Shown piece after piece: positions 1-10,391 of a stretch of DNA of 64,000 nucleotides. The notes under the pieces were generated by a model. That model ran no database searches, was not told where the DNA came from, and was given only the letters and a program-made list of their open reading frames with translations. The stretch's first letter is position 1. The number at the start of each line of letters is the position of its first letter. Location: contig CAVSPA010000004.1 in NCBI GenBank assembly GCA_963729715.1, forward strand, positions 576,001 through 640,000, read 5' to 3'. The translations under genes and the position numbers were made by a program. Source of the DNA: an uncultured delta proteobacterium. GTDB taxonomy: Bacteria > Desulfobacterota > Syntrophia > Syntrophales > UBA2185.

Positions 1-1
1 G

Positions 2-226
2 AAGAAAGTCTCTATCGTGATAGTTACCCATGACACGGGCAACATCGGAAGATATACCTCGAAGCTCCTCTACGTTGACAAGAAGATTGTTTTTTATGGA
101 AGCTTCGAAGATTTTTGTGAATCCCGTGAGATCACCCAATTTTTCGGAGAGTTTGCACAGCACGTCATCTGCCATAGACATAATCAGAACCTCAATTGTT
201 CCTCCGGTGACCATGGAACTGACTGA
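2..226 (+). CDS. znuC: Metal (Zn/Mn) ABC transporter ATP-binding subunit, C-terminal part (runs off window start)
   Basis: H-loop VTHD and His/Cys-rich tail HVICHRH; overlaps the following permease. Confidence 0.8.
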   Translation, partial: KKVSIVIVTHDTGNIGRYTSKLLYVDKKIVFYGSFEDFCESREITQFFGEFAQHVICHRHNQNLNCSSGDHGTD

Positions 227-1025
227 ATTCTTACGGTACGGATTTCTTCAGCGGGCGTTAATTGCCGGTTCGTTTATAGCGATACTCTGCTCCACCCTCG
301 GCGTCTTCTTGGTACTGAGAAGATTTTCCCTCATAGGCGACGGCCTTGCCCATGCAACTTTCGGCAGCGTGGCGCTGGCCCTGCTTCTCGGGATGTCGCC
401 GCTGTACGTATCGATACCCGTCGTCATGATATGTTCTGTTGGCATTCTCAGGCTAACCGAGAGGGCGCGACTTTACGGAGATGCCGCCATCGGTGTAGTT
501 TCCTCCCTGGGCATTGCCGGAGGCGTCATGTTGTCGAGCATTGCCGGCGGCTTTAATATAGATCTGTTCAGCTATTTATTCGGCAGCATCCTGTCCATCA
601 GCGAAACAGAAGTCTATATTTCCATCGGACTTTCCATATTTGTTATCTTAATGATCATTTTTTATTACAATGAGCTCTTGTCCATAACCTTTGACGAAGA
701 CTCGGCGAAAGTCTCCGGCATAAATACGGAATCAATCAATACAATGTTCGTCCTTCTCACCGCAGTGACGGTCGTCTTGTCCATGAAAGTAGTAGGTATT
801 ATGCTCATCTCCGCATTACTTATATTCCCGGCGGTAACAGCCCTCCAGATCGCGAGAAGCTTTAAGGCGGTAATGTTGACCGCCTCGTTATCGGCTATGG
901 TCTCAGTGGTCTCAGGAATTGTCGTCTCTTTCTCGCTTGATCTCCCGACTGGTGCAACGATTGTCCTGATTAATTTCATTCTTTTCCTCACGGGCCTCAC
1001 TTACAGAAAAATCATCAAAGCGTGA
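213..1025 (+). CDS. znuB: Metal ABC transporter permease (ZnuB/ABC-3 family)
   Basis: FLQRALIAG...LIGDGLAH...YLFGSIL...TFDE motifs; likely ATG at 213 (MELTEFL). Confidence 0.9.
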   Translation: MELTEFLRYGFLQRALIAGSFIAILCSTLGVFLVLRRFSLIGDGLAHATFGSVALALLLGMSPLYVSIPVVMICSVGILRLTERARLYGDAAIGVVSSLGIAGGVMLSSIAGGFNIDLFSYLFGSILSISETEVYISIGLSIFVILMIIFYYNELLSITFDEDSAKVSGINTESINTMFVLLTAVTVVLSMKVVGIMLISALLIFPAVTALQIARSFKAVMLTASLSAMVSVVSGIVVSFSLDLPTGATIVLINFILFLTGLTYRKIIKA

Positions 1026-1043
1026 AACTGATGGAGATGTGCG

Positions 1044-1952
1044 GTGGCTAAAGTAAGGGCCCTTCTACATAACCGAAATTTCATCCTGCTTATGGCTATA
1101 ACAGCCGGTCTGCTTTTTGATCATGCGGCACAATGGACAAAAGTGTTGGTCCTGCCAACTCTAACTCTCATTTTAACTTTGGCCATGACAGATTTCTCCG
1201 GCAAGGTCTACGAATACCGGAAGTCTCCTTTGGCCCCCGCCCTTGTCGGCGTATTCATGAGCTATGTAATACTGGGAAACTTCATTGTCGGGTTGAGTGC
1301 GTTCCTGATTCATGATGAAAGATTATGGATCGGGTTCATCATCATGGCAGCCGTTCCCCCTGCCATAGCAGTTGTCCCTTTGGCCCGTTTTCGGGGGGGA
1401 AACGAAATGTATGCTGTTATAGGTACCATCGGGGCTTATATCGGCGCCCTTGTCATTATTCCCGTAATAGCCTCCGGACTTCTGGACTTGCATTCCCTCA
1501 ATATAACCAGGCTCATCCTCGTGGCAGCCATATTGATTTTCCTCCCCCTCATGCTTCACAAAATTATCATAAGGAGAGGGTTGCATCGCAAAATGGAACC
1601 TATAAAAGGAATTCTTATCAAGTGGTGCCACTTCTTAATTCTCTATACGATTGTGGGACTGAATCGAGAAACAATTATAGGGCAGCCTTCTTCGCTCTAT
1701 CCCATCGCTGCGATCGCCGTCACCAGCACATTTTTGTTGGGGTTCTTGATAGAATGGATCGGTGCGCTGCTTCGCATAAGTAAGGAAAAACTGACCAGCC
1801 TTTGTCTGCTTGGCACTCTTAAGAACTACGCGCTCGCTGCAGGTTTAGCTCTATCTCTTTTCACTAAGGACACGGCCCTGCCGGCGGCGGTATTCATGAT
1901 TTTTATGATGATTTACATCGCGTGGCTGGATTTCAAAGTGCGATGGGCCTGA
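1044..1952 (+). CDS. Bile acid:sodium symporter (SBF/Acr3-like) family membrane protein
   Basis: About 9-10 hydrophobic segments; AVPPAIA and GTLKNYALAAGLA motifs. Confidence 0.7.
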   Translation: MAKVRALLHNRNFILLMAITAGLLFDHAAQWTKVLVLPTLTLILTLAMTDFSGKVYEYRKSPLAPALVGVFMSYVILGNFIVGLSAFLIHDERLWIGFIIMAAVPPAIAVVPLARFRGGNEMYAVIGTIGAYIGALVIIPVIASGLLDLHSLNITRLILVAAILIFLPLMLHKIIIRRGLHRKMEPIKGILIKWCHFLILYTIVGLNRETIIGQPSSLYPIAAIAVTSTFLLGFLIEWIGALLRISKEKLTSLCLLGTLKNYALAAGLALSLFTKDTALPAAVFMIFMMIYIAWLDFKVRWA

Positions 1953-2053
1953 CTTACTTTCTTTTAGAATTCTACTTACTATATGCCCAGTTGTTGCTTG
2001 CAGGAGCAAATCTCGATATGGTATGCTTAACCTAAAAAAAGGAGGACACCACT

Positions 2054-2647
2054 ATGGCTATTCAATTACCCGACCTGCCCTACGCAAAAGACGGACTCGC
2101 ACCTTACATCAGCGCAAACACGCTGGATTTCCATCACGGAAAGCATCACCGTGCATATGTTGATAACACGAACAAACTGATAGCTGGAACGGATCTCGCC
2201 AATGAGTCGTTGGAAACTATTGTGAAGAAGACTGTTGGCGATGCGGCCAAAAGCGGTCTCTTCAATAATTCCGCGCAGGTCTGGAACCATTCCTTCTACT
2301 GGCAGTGCATGAAACCAAACGGAGGCGGCAAGCCCGCCGGAAAAGTCGCCGACAAGATCAATGAGGCCTGGGGAAGCTTTGACAAATTTGCGGAAGAATT
2401 GAAAAACGCTGGAGTCACCCAGTTCGGCAGCGGCTGGGCCTGGCTTGTACTGGAAGGCGGCAAATTGAAAGTGACAAAAACAGCCAATGCCGACACACCG
2501 ATTGCACATGGCGTAAAACCCCTGCTCACCGTCGATGTCTGGGAACACGCCTATTATCTTGATTACCAGAACAGGAGGCCGGACTATCTGGCGACATTTA
2601 TTGAGAAGCTGATAAACTGGGATTTCGTAAAGGCCAATCTGGGTTGA
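2054..2647 (+). CDS. sodB: Fe/Mn superoxide dismutase (probably Fe)
   Basis: HHGKHH, FNNSAQVWNH, FGSGWAW, DVWEHAYY; RBS GGAGGA. Confidence 0.95.
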   Translation: MAIQLPDLPYAKDGLAPYISANTLDFHHGKHHRAYVDNTNKLIAGTDLANESLETIVKKTVGDAAKSGLFNNSAQVWNHSFYWQCMKPNGGGKPAGKVADKINEAWGSFDKFAEELKNAGVTQFGSGWAWLVLEGGKLKVTKTANADTPIAHGVKPLLTVDVWEHAYYLDYQNRRPDYLATFIEKLINWDFVKANLG

Positions 2648-2678
2648 TTCTGCTAACCCGTGGGAAAAAATAATTGCT

Positions 2679-3366
2679 GTGAGTATATCTTCCGATACGC
2701 CTCACTACAAGGACCATCGCCAACGCCTGAAGAAGATATTTTCAGAATCTGGCGTTGCTGCGTTCCACGACTATGAGGTCATGGAACTGCTCTTATCATA
2801 TGCCATTCCGCGGAAAGACGTCAAACCCCTGGCAAAGGAACTCCTCAATAAGTTCGGTTCTCTCAAGGGCATCATGGATGCAGAGAAAGACAGCCTGGAG
2901 AAGGTCAAAGGCGTAGGCCTTCATGCGGCAATCCTGATAAGATTCATAAAGGAAATGGGGATCCTGTACCTCAAAGAGAAGGCAAAGGAGAGGCCGCAGA
3001 TAACCTGCACGAGCGAGCTTCTCGATTATTGCAAGTCTTACATGGGCGGCCTCAAGGATGAGCGGCTTTGTGTCATACCCGGATGCACAAAACAGGATGA
3101 CGGATATTGAAACGATCCAGGAGGGCATAGTGAACCAGGCTGTCGTCTACCCGAGAAAGGTCCTGGAAAACATCCTGAAACAAAAGGCGTCCGCAGTCAT
3201 TCTCGTTCGCAATCACCCGTCGGGCCACGTCAAGCCATCGGATGAGGACGTATGCCTGACGAAGACAATCCAGGAAACCGCGAGAATTCTGGATATCATC
3301 GTCCATGACCACGTCATCATCGGTGAAAACAGATTTTTCAGCTTTCGTGAAGAGAGATTGATCTGA
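2679..3366 (+). pseudogene. radC: RadC/JAB-domain protein, frameshifted
   Basis: N-half (HRQRLK, HhH) and C-half (VYPRKV..NHPSG..PS.ED..DHVII) in different frames with a break near 3087-3091; JAB His replaced by Arg (VRNHPSG). Confidence 0.85.
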
Positions 3367-3367
3367 A

Positions 3368-4192
3368 TCAGAACGGGATGGGCGTGAAGGTCATGACGAA
3401 GACCGCTATCGTGAGCCAGCCTATGACTTTCCTCTTCGTATCGAGCGGGATCCAGTCATAAATAACCGGCGGGTGATACATTCCCATAAAGAACAGGATG
3501 CCTGCCCACACAAGCCAGCCGACCCAGCCGGTTGCTCCGAGTACAACAAGAATGACGAGCACTGCCTTTGCTACCAGACCCTGTTTAGGGCCGATGACTG
3601 CATAGGCCACATGCCCCCCGTCAAGCTGGCCCACGGGTAGGAGATTCAAAGAGGTAACCAGGAGTCCAATCCATCCGGAAAATGCTATGGGATGAAGAAT
3701 GATATTGGCGCTGTCCGGCACGGAGCCGTGAACTATCCAGTTCATGATATAGAAAAGCATCGATGAGCCCAGGCTCAATTCCGTCTCAACCGTCTCATAC
3801 CTGACCTCAGAAAGATAAAGACCGACCAGCAGAACGGGAATTGTTACGCACAATCCCGCCAGAGGACCTGCCGCACCAACATCCAAGAGGATCCGGCGAT
3901 CCATGATCGGCGATTTCATCTTGATGAACGCACCGAAAGTGCCGATAAGCGGCGAAGGTGCCGGTATGAAATACGGAAGTGTCACATCGATATGGTGCTT
4001 TCGAGACATGAAATAGTGGCCGAACTCATGGGCACCGAGTATCAGCATGAGTGTAAATGAAAAGGGTATCCCCTTCCAAAGGAGCGACGGGTTTTCGAGC
4101 GGGTTGATGCCCTGCTGCAGTGTGCCCGCAACGAGGGTGGTAAAAATGGTCACAAGAAAAAGACCGATATGAAGAAGAGGCAATCTGCGCAT
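3368..4192 (-). CDS. Site-2 protease (peptidase M50)
   Basis: HEFGH, AGPLAG and NLLPVGQLDGGH motifs. Confidence 0.92.
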   Translation of the reverse strand: MRRLPLLHIGLFLVTIFTTLVAGTLQQGINPLENPSLLWKGIPFSFTLMLILGAHEFGHYFMSRKHHIDVTLPYFIPAPSPLIGTFGAFIKMKSPIMDRRILLDVGAAGPLAGLCVTIPVLLVGLYLSEVRYETVETELSLGSSMLFYIMNWIVHGSVPDSANIILHPIAFSGWIGLLVTSLNLLPVGQLDGGHVAYAVIGPKQGLVAKAVLVILVVLGATGWVGWLVWAGILFFMGMYHPPVIYDWIPLDTKRKVIGWLTIAVFVMTFTPIPF

Positions 4193-4272
4193 AATTTCTT
4201 TCACATACTGAATCCGTGTAGGCTGAACATTGAAGGCGCCAATACGTTTCAAAATGCCCCTCTGAGCATCCT

Positions 4273-4300
4273 AAAAAAAAGGGATCATAAAATGACCCCT
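4273..4300 (-). terminator. Rho-independent terminator after ihfB
   Basis: On minus strand AGGGGTCATTTTATGATCCC followed by T8. Confidence 0.75.
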
Positions 4301-4366
4301 TACACTTCAGCCTGAATATTTATAAGCAACTTATTTACTATGGTTTATCTGAACAGTAGAAATAAT

Positions 4367-4648
4367 CTACTTCTTGGCATCAACTTTAGCTTTAAGTTCT
4401 TTACCCACCTTGAAGAATGGCAGTTTCTTCGGGGATACCATTATGTTCTTCCCCGTTTTTGGATTCCTGCCCGTATAGGCCGTGTAATTTCTCACTACAA
4501 AACTACCGAAACCCCTGATCTCTATCCTGCCTGCTTTCTTTAGTTCGTCAGTAAAACCCTTAAAGACTAGATTAACCACGTCGATTGCTTTTTTCTCCGT
4601 TAGATTTTCTTTTGCACTTAAAGCCTCAATGAGTCCAGACTTGTTCAT
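4367..4648 (-). CDS. ihfB: Integration host factor beta-like DNA-binding protein
   Basis: MNKSGLIE..IEIRGFGSF..GRNPKTG..PFFKVGKELK. Confidence 0.8.
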   Translation of the reverse strand: MNKSGLIEALSAKENLTEKKAIDVVNLVFKGFTDELKKAGRIEIRGFGSFVVRNYTAYTGRNPKTGKNIMVSPKKLPFFKVGKELKAKVDAKK

Positions 4649-4826
4649 ACCTCCTCCTTCTCACGCTTCATCACACAGAAATTCCCGATAGATGTGCTGT
4701 CCGAATGGCTCAATTCAAAATAACATTATAATTTATCTGTATATTTTATTATCATGATTTATTTTCATTTTAATGTCAAGACAAATTTTTTGCCCATATC
4801 AGCGTCTTTGACAAGACTATTGCCTG

Positions 4827-5540
4827 TCAAAATGACAATAGATGTTGGACTTCTTTCTTTGTGAGATGCCTGAAAGTTCCTGCTTTCATATTGCCCAAGC
4901 TTATATCTGCAATCGCCGTACGGATGAGCCTGACGACGGGGTGGCCCAGTGACTCCAGGGCTCTCCGAATCAACCTGTTTCTTCCCTCTGCAATGCTCAG
5001 GGCAATCCAGCTGCTCTTCTTGTTTGTTCTCTGAATTTGCAGATTCTCCGGTTTAAAATTTCCATCGGGGAGCCTTATGCCTTCCGACAGCGCACGCATC
5101 TCCATTTTCGCCATATGCCCCTCAATCTTGACCATGTAAGTTTTTGGAATCTTAAATCGGGGATGCTGCACCCTCTGGGAAAAATAGCCGTCATTGGTCA
5201 AGAGCAACAGGCCCTCAGAATCATAGTCAAGCCGCCCAACAGGAAAAATCCTTTCCGATATGCCGGAGAGCAGGTCTGTAACGACTGCCCGCCTCTCCGG
5301 ATCATGGAGTGTCGTCACATACCCTCTCGGTTTATGGAGCATCAGGTAAACTTTGGATACTTCCGGCAATATCAACTTGCCGTCAACCCGGATATCATCT
5401 GCACCAGTATCCGCCTTAGCGCCAAGCTGCCTTACAACCGCATCATTTACAGTTACCCTGCCCTCGAGAATCATTTTTTCGGCTACCCGCCTTGACGATA
5501 TCCCTGAAGCGGCGATAATCTTTTGCAGACGCTCCTTCAT
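4827..5540 (-). CDS. rluB: rRNA pseudouridine synthase (RluB/RsuA family, S4 domain)
   Basis: ERLQKIIA..SRR S4 domain, GRLDYDSEGLLL, EGRN; downstream of scpAB. Confidence 0.88.
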   Translation of the reverse strand: MKERLQKIIAASGISSRRVAEKMILEGRVTVNDAVVRQLGAKADTGADDIRVDGKLILPEVSKVYLMLHKPRGYVTTLHDPERRAVVTDLLSGISERIFPVGRLDYDSEGLLLLTNDGYFSQRVQHPRFKIPKTYMVKIEGHMAKMEMRALSEGIRLPDGNFKPENLQIQRTNKKSSWIALSIAEGRNRLIRRALESLGHPVVRLIRTAIADISLGNMKAGTFRHLTKKEVQHLLSF

Positions 5541-5596
5541 GCAATCCCCGAACAGATCCGACATTGAAATATTATAACCACAAGAGTTTCGGACAT

Positions 5597-6169
5597 TCAG
5601 ATTCCCACATCGTCTGGTATCCGCGATTCGGTGCCAAGGACCTCTGTTTCATCCTGCAAATCCTTCAATTCCTTCAGAGTCGGTAGTTCCGAGAGGTCTT
5701 TCAAGCTGAATATTTCAAGAAACTTCTTCGTTGTACCGTACATCATCGGTTTGCCCGGCACATCCTTTCGTCCCATAATCCTCACAAGTTTTTTCTCCAA
5801 CAATCCCTTCAAAGAGCTGCCGACGTCCACGCCCCGGATCCTGTCTATTTCCGATTTCACCACGGGCTGCTTATATGCAACCACAGCGAGGGTTTCCATA
5901 GCGGCATTCGTCAGCATCGACTGTTTCGCCTTCATCAATTTATTGATCCAGAAGCTCAAGTCTGACCTTGTCCTGAAGTGAAGGCCCCCCGCAACCTCCT
6001 GAAGGACAAAACCGCCTCTCCTTTCTTCATATTCATTAATCAGATCTTGCACCAGGCGAGCTATTTCACTTTTTTCAACTTCATGCAAAACTTCTCTAAT
6101 CTTATCTATGGTAAGCGGGGATTCCGATGCGAAAATGATAGCCTCTATTATTGCCCTTGTCTCTTCCAT
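5597..6169 (-). CDS. scpB: SMC-Scp complex subunit ScpB
   Basis: IEAIIFAS, ETLAVVAYKQPV, IRGV, YGTTKKFL. Confidence 0.95.
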   Translation of the reverse strand: MEETRAIIEAIIFASESPLTIDKIREVLHEVEKSEIARLVQDLINEYEERRGGFVLQEVAGGLHFRTRSDLSFWINKLMKAKQSMLTNAAMETLAVVAYKQPVVKSEIDRIRGVDVGSSLKGLLEKKLVRIMGRKDVPGKPMMYGTTKKFLEIFSLKDLSELPTLKELKDLQDETEVLGTESRIPDDVGI

Positions 6170-6337
6170 CTGCAATAACCTCTAAAAAGTGGCAAACAGT
6201 TTATACACGGGGAGCCTTATAAAGCAGTTCCGCGAGCGTGAGGCATCAGTCGCCATACTCAACAGTAACTGAGAATGAAGCACAACTGAGCTCCTGCACG
6301 CCCTTTACGGACACGGGAACATTTCCTGAGTCCCCAT

Positions 6338-7066
6338 TCATGACTCCGCGCCAAGAACGACTCTGATCACGCCAAAGGAACCGGCCTGATAGACCTTGAT
6401 CATTCTCAATTTCATAAGTTCTAAAATAGCAAGGAAGGTATACAGGATCATCCTTTTATCCGACGAATCGCGCAGCAATTCAGCAAAGGTAAGATTATTC
6501 TTCTCCGCAAGCTGTTCCATAACCTCGCTTATCCTGTCGGTGAGAGAGAGCTTTTCCACATCGATCTCCATTAATTCCGGTTCTTTCATGGAAGAAATGA
6601 TTCTGTAAAAAGCTTCTACAAGCGCAAAGACGCTGACTTCCACATCTATCTCATCTTCGCCTTGTGCCGCACCTCCATTCTCAGGAGAAAGACCTCTCTT
6701 AAAAATATCCCTTTCTAGAAGAGGCCTTTGCTCCAGTTGCGCCGCTGCTTCCTTGAAGACCTGATAATCGAGTAATTGTTTGACAAGTTCCGCGCGGGGA
6801 TCCGCCTCATCTTCCGTCTCCGCGGCATCGCCTTCCTCAACCGGAAGAAGCATTCTCGATTTGATATGTACCAGTGTCGATGCCAGCAACAGATAGTCCC
6901 CGGCGACATCGAGATTGAGATATTTCATCATTTCGATGTGCTGGAGGTACTGTTCTGTAATAAGGGCGATAGGGATATCATATATGTCAATCTCATTCTT
7001 CTTGATGAGATAGAGTAAAAGATCAAGCGGCCCTTCAAATATATCGAGTTTGACTTCGTATTCCAT
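6338..7066 (-). CDS. scpA: Segregation and condensation protein A
   Basis: FEGPLDLLLYLI..DIPIALITEQY..KSRMLLP..FLAILEL. Confidence 0.95.
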   Translation of the reverse strand: MEYEVKLDIFEGPLDLLLYLIKKNEIDIYDIPIALITEQYLQHIEMMKYLNLDVAGDYLLLASTLVHIKSRMLLPVEEGDAAETEDEADPRAELVKQLLDYQVFKEAAAQLEQRPLLERDIFKRGLSPENGGAAQGEDEIDVEVSVFALVEAFYRIISSMKEPELMEIDVEKLSLTDRISEVMEQLAEKNNLTFAELLRDSSDKRMILYTFLAILELMKLRMIKVYQAGSFGVIRVVLGAES

Positions 7067-7198
7067 AATAACACTCTACAAATAATCACAGAATTAAAAA
7101 GTATTGTAAGACTTGAGTCTCAATGATGCGGGCAGGGGTGAAGCCAAGGCGCCACTTAACCTGTCCCTGTGAAAGAAAAAGCATCCGGCGGGGGAGAA

Positions 7199-8188
7199 TC
7201 AAATTTTTATCGCCGCCCTGACCTCCTCCATCGTCACGCGGGCTTCGTTCGCCGCCCTGACATTCCCGTCCTCGATAATGTTCTTGACTTCATCGATATG
7301 CTTGCGAAAGTAGTCCTGCCGTTCATGGATGGGCCGCAAACCTTCTATTATGCGATCAGCAAGGCGCCTTTTGCAATCCGTGCAGCCTATGCCCGCCCTC
7401 TTGCATTCTGCTGATACTTCGCTCACAAACTCGGCCGGCGAATAGATTTGATGAAAAGTGAAAACGTTGCAGAGCTCCGGCCTGCCTGGATCACTTTTTC
7501 TCATGCGCTGAGGATCAGTAAACATGGCTTCAATTTTTGCCCTCAATTCATCCCCACGATCACTGATGTAAACGGCGTTATTGTAAGACTTGCTCATTTT
7601 TCTCCCGTCAATGCCGAGGAGTTTAGGAACATCTGCAAGCAAGGGCACCGGAATGGGAAATATTTCTCTGTAAAGAAAATTGAAGCGCCGTGCAATCTCC
7701 CTGGTTAGTTCCACGTGGGGAAGCTGATCGACACCCACGGGCACTCCGTGAGCCTTGTACATAATAATATCCGCTGCCTGGAGTACCGGATAACCCAAAA
7801 ATCCAAAGGTGGACAGGTCTTTTCCCGAGAGCTCCTCCTTCATTTCCTTATACGTGGGGTTTCTTTCCAGCCACGGGAGAGGCGTTATCATAGAGAGGAT
7901 TACGAAAAGTTCAGCATGCTCTTTTATGCGGGACTGGATAAACAAGGTGCTCTTTCCCGGGTCCAGGCCTACACTGAGCCAGTCAATACTCATATTGAGT
8001 ATATATTCTCTAATCATGTCCGTATTATTGTATTCACTGGTGAGCGCGTGCCAATCGGCAATAAAATAAAAACACTCATAATCACCGCTGTTCTGGAGAT
8101 CTATCCAGTTTTTGAGAGCCCCGTAAAGGTTTCCGAGATGCAGGTTACCTGTTGGACGCATGCCACTCAATATTCTCTTCTTTGCCAA
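7199..8188 (-). CDS. trpS: Tryptophan--tRNA ligase
   Basis: SGMRPTGNLHLGN, YPVLQAADI, VGVDQ, KMSKS. Confidence 0.97.
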   Translation of the reverse strand: MAKKRILSGMRPTGNLHLGNLYGALKNWIDLQNSGDYECFYFIADWHALTSEYNNTDMIREYILNMSIDWLSVGLDPGKSTLFIQSRIKEHAELFVILSMITPLPWLERNPTYKEMKEELSGKDLSTFGFLGYPVLQAADIIMYKAHGVPVGVDQLPHVELTREIARRFNFLYREIFPIPVPLLADVPKLLGIDGRKMSKSYNNAVYISDRGDELRAKIEAMFTDPQRMRKSDPGRPELCNVFTFHQIYSPAEFVSEVSAECKRAGIGCTDCKRRLADRIIEGLRPIHERQDYFRKHIDEVKNIIEDGNVRAANEARVTMEEVRAAIKI

Positions 8189-8452
8189 TTCATATCCCTC
8201 AGGTTAGCTGCCAAGAATAGACCATGAAATATTTTAGCTTTGCTCAGGGCGCGGCTCGCCCACTTTATCATTTCATATGAGGTGCGGGTCTTCAAAGCCT
8301 TCATTCTTTTTGAAGAGGTTCATAACAAAAAGCAAAGTTCCTGTCAATGCGCCATGATGCCCAAACGCCCCAAATTCCCCAAAATGCATTGAGGCCCCCG
8401 ATACTAAATAACCGGAGACCTCAATTGCAAGATGTCTTTATACTATGATCTT

Positions 8453-8725
8453 CTATTTGACTTTGTCTGCCAATTCCTTGCCTGCCTTGAATTTTACAAC
8501 TTTCTTGGCCGGTATCTTAATAGCCTTTCCAGTCTGCGGATTTCTTCCCTCTCTTGCCTTTCTTTTGACAACAGAGAAGGTGCCGAACCCTACGAGGCCC
8601 AATTTCCCGCTCTTCTTCAGCGTTTTGGTCACTGCACCTACATAAGCATCCAATGCCTTCGCCGCTGCCGCCTTGGTGATACCTGCCGCCCCTGCTATTA
8701 CCGCTATTAATTCTGTTTTCGTCAT
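8453..8725 (-). CDS. hup: DNA-binding protein HU
   Basis: MTKTELI..GFGTF..GRNPQTG..FKAGKEL. Confidence 0.93.
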   Translation of the reverse strand: MTKTELIAVIAGAAGITKAAAAKALDAYVGAVTKTLKKSGKLGLVGFGTFSVVKRKAREGRNPQTGKAIKIPAKKVVKFKAGKELADKVK

Positions 8726-9137
8726 TATCTAAAATCCCCTTTCAATAAAATATATTCCTAAAATAATCCTCTGCCGGTGGCGCAACCGTACCTGAGACGC
8801 CGCCGATCGATAACATTCGATGCTTGACGCTCACATACACTTTTTTTGTTATCATAAAGAAAAGCAGCAAGCAAGACAATTTTATCTTTCTTAAAGAATA
8901 TTCTCTTTGCAAACACCTGCGCACCGCGGGTTTGGAAGGCACGTACATTATGAACATGCACTAATCTCGCATCAAGAGGGACGGCTTTTGTGTTTCAGTT
9001 TTGGAATGTGCAAAAATGGGACTTCGACATATGGGTATCTGCGGCGGATGCCCCGGACATGCAGCCGTGTGGACTTACTATTATTTCGCCCTGGTTTCGC
9101 TATTTCATCAGCAAGGGACAACTAACGAGGGGCGGTT

Positions 9138-10391
9138 TCATTTGTCTGCACTGGTAACAGGCGGGACGCCTGTCCTGGCCTCTTTCTTTTTCACCAGGAA
9201 ATAGAGCTCGCCTGTTTCCTTAAGGCTGCCTGCCAGCATCTCCGCAGCGCTTCCCTTTCCACAAAACAGATCAACGCGGCCCGGCCCTTTGATCACGCCT
9301 CCGGCGTCCTGATTGAGGACAAACCGGGAAAAGGTCTCCCATGATTTTATGTTTCCGTCCTTATCAAATACGGGCTTTCGCAGCCTTATAAAGGCAAGAG
9401 CACCTTTCGGAAACAAGTCAAGGTCCGTCGCGATAGACCTTCCCGGGGTGAGGGTAAGACCGAGGGCGCCTATAGGGCCGTTTTCGACAATGCGAAAAAA
9501 TACATAGCTCTCATTGTAGTTGAAAATATCCGATAGTTCTTCGGGATGCTCCCTCAAGTATTTCTTTATTGACTGATGCGTCATCTCGCTCTTAGAAAGC
9601 TTTCCTTTATCGAGAAGATATCCTGCCATCTTGTTCGGGCGACCGTTCTTCTGGGCATAACTGACCTGCACGTAGCGCCCGTCAGTTAACTTTATTTCTC
9701 CCGAACCCTGGATGTGCATAAAAAATAAGTCAATGGGATCATTAACCCAGATAAGCTCCAAGTTCCTTCCCTTGAGAACTCCGGCCTTTTCAATGTCTGC
9801 CCTGTCAAAATATGGCACCAGTTCGCCGCTCTTTAATCTGCCGATAATTTTTTCATTCTTATATTTCTCACTGAATTTTCCCAAATTGGCAACTACTATG
9901 TCATCTGGGGTCTTGTATATCGGATACCTGTATTCATCCGTCCTTTCGAGGGAGCCTTGCAATACAGACTCAAAATATCCGGTAAAGAGTACCCTGCCCT
10001 GATCATCAACCCCGGTCGCTCTGTACAAGTCAAATGTATTCAGTATTTTTTTCTGTTTGACATCGTCCGAATCAGGACCGCTCAGAATTTTTCGAAATGC
10101 CAGGAGCGACTCTCTTAATTCCTTGCCTGTAACGTCACTGACGCCAATTCCATACGTATTATTCCCGGCAATTCCTTCATAGTACTCGAGACTTCTCCCG
10201 AGCGCCGTATCCAGTAACTCACCATCAAGATCATCCGCCAACGGGGGAATTTTATCGGGGGGAAGCAGTACAAGCGGGGGCAGAATCTTTTCCCGGGGTT
10301 TTCCAATTCCTGCCGTGCAGCCGACCGCCAAGAAGAAAATCATGAGAAGGCAGAGAATACGAAATGGTCCCACATGCACCTCAAAGTTCAA
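9138..10391 (-). CDS. mltA: Membrane-bound lytic murein transglycosylase A (lipoprotein)
   Basis: Lipobox LAVGC, FTGYFE, IQGSG, QDAGGVIKGPGRVDLF (3D domain). Confidence 0.92.
   Translation of the reverse strand: MNFEVHVGPFRILCLLMIFFLAVGCTAGIGKPREKILPPLVLLPPDKIPPLADDLDGELLDTALGRSLEYYEGIAGNNTYGIGVSDVTGKELRESLLAFRKILSGPDSDDVKQKKILNTFDLYRATGVDDQGRVLFTGYFESVLQGSLERTDEYRYPIYKTPDDIVVANLGKFSEKYKNEKIIGRLKSGELVPYFDRADIEKAGVLKGRNLELIWVNDPIDLFFMHIQGSGEIKLTDGRYVQVSYAQKNGRPNKMAGYLLDKGKLSKSEMTHQSIKKYLREHPEELSDIFNYNESYVFFRIVENGPIGALGLTLTPGRSIATDLDLFPKGALAFIRLRKPVFDKDGNIKSWETFSRFVLNQDAGGVIKGPGRVDLFCGKGSAAEMLAGSLKETGELYFLVKKKEARTGVPPVTSADK

Noticed and set aside
8960..9137. Weak palindromes here and at about 6210-6330, 19420-19470 and 45125-45170
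   Set aside because: Too degenerate to assign; probably eroded intergenic repeats
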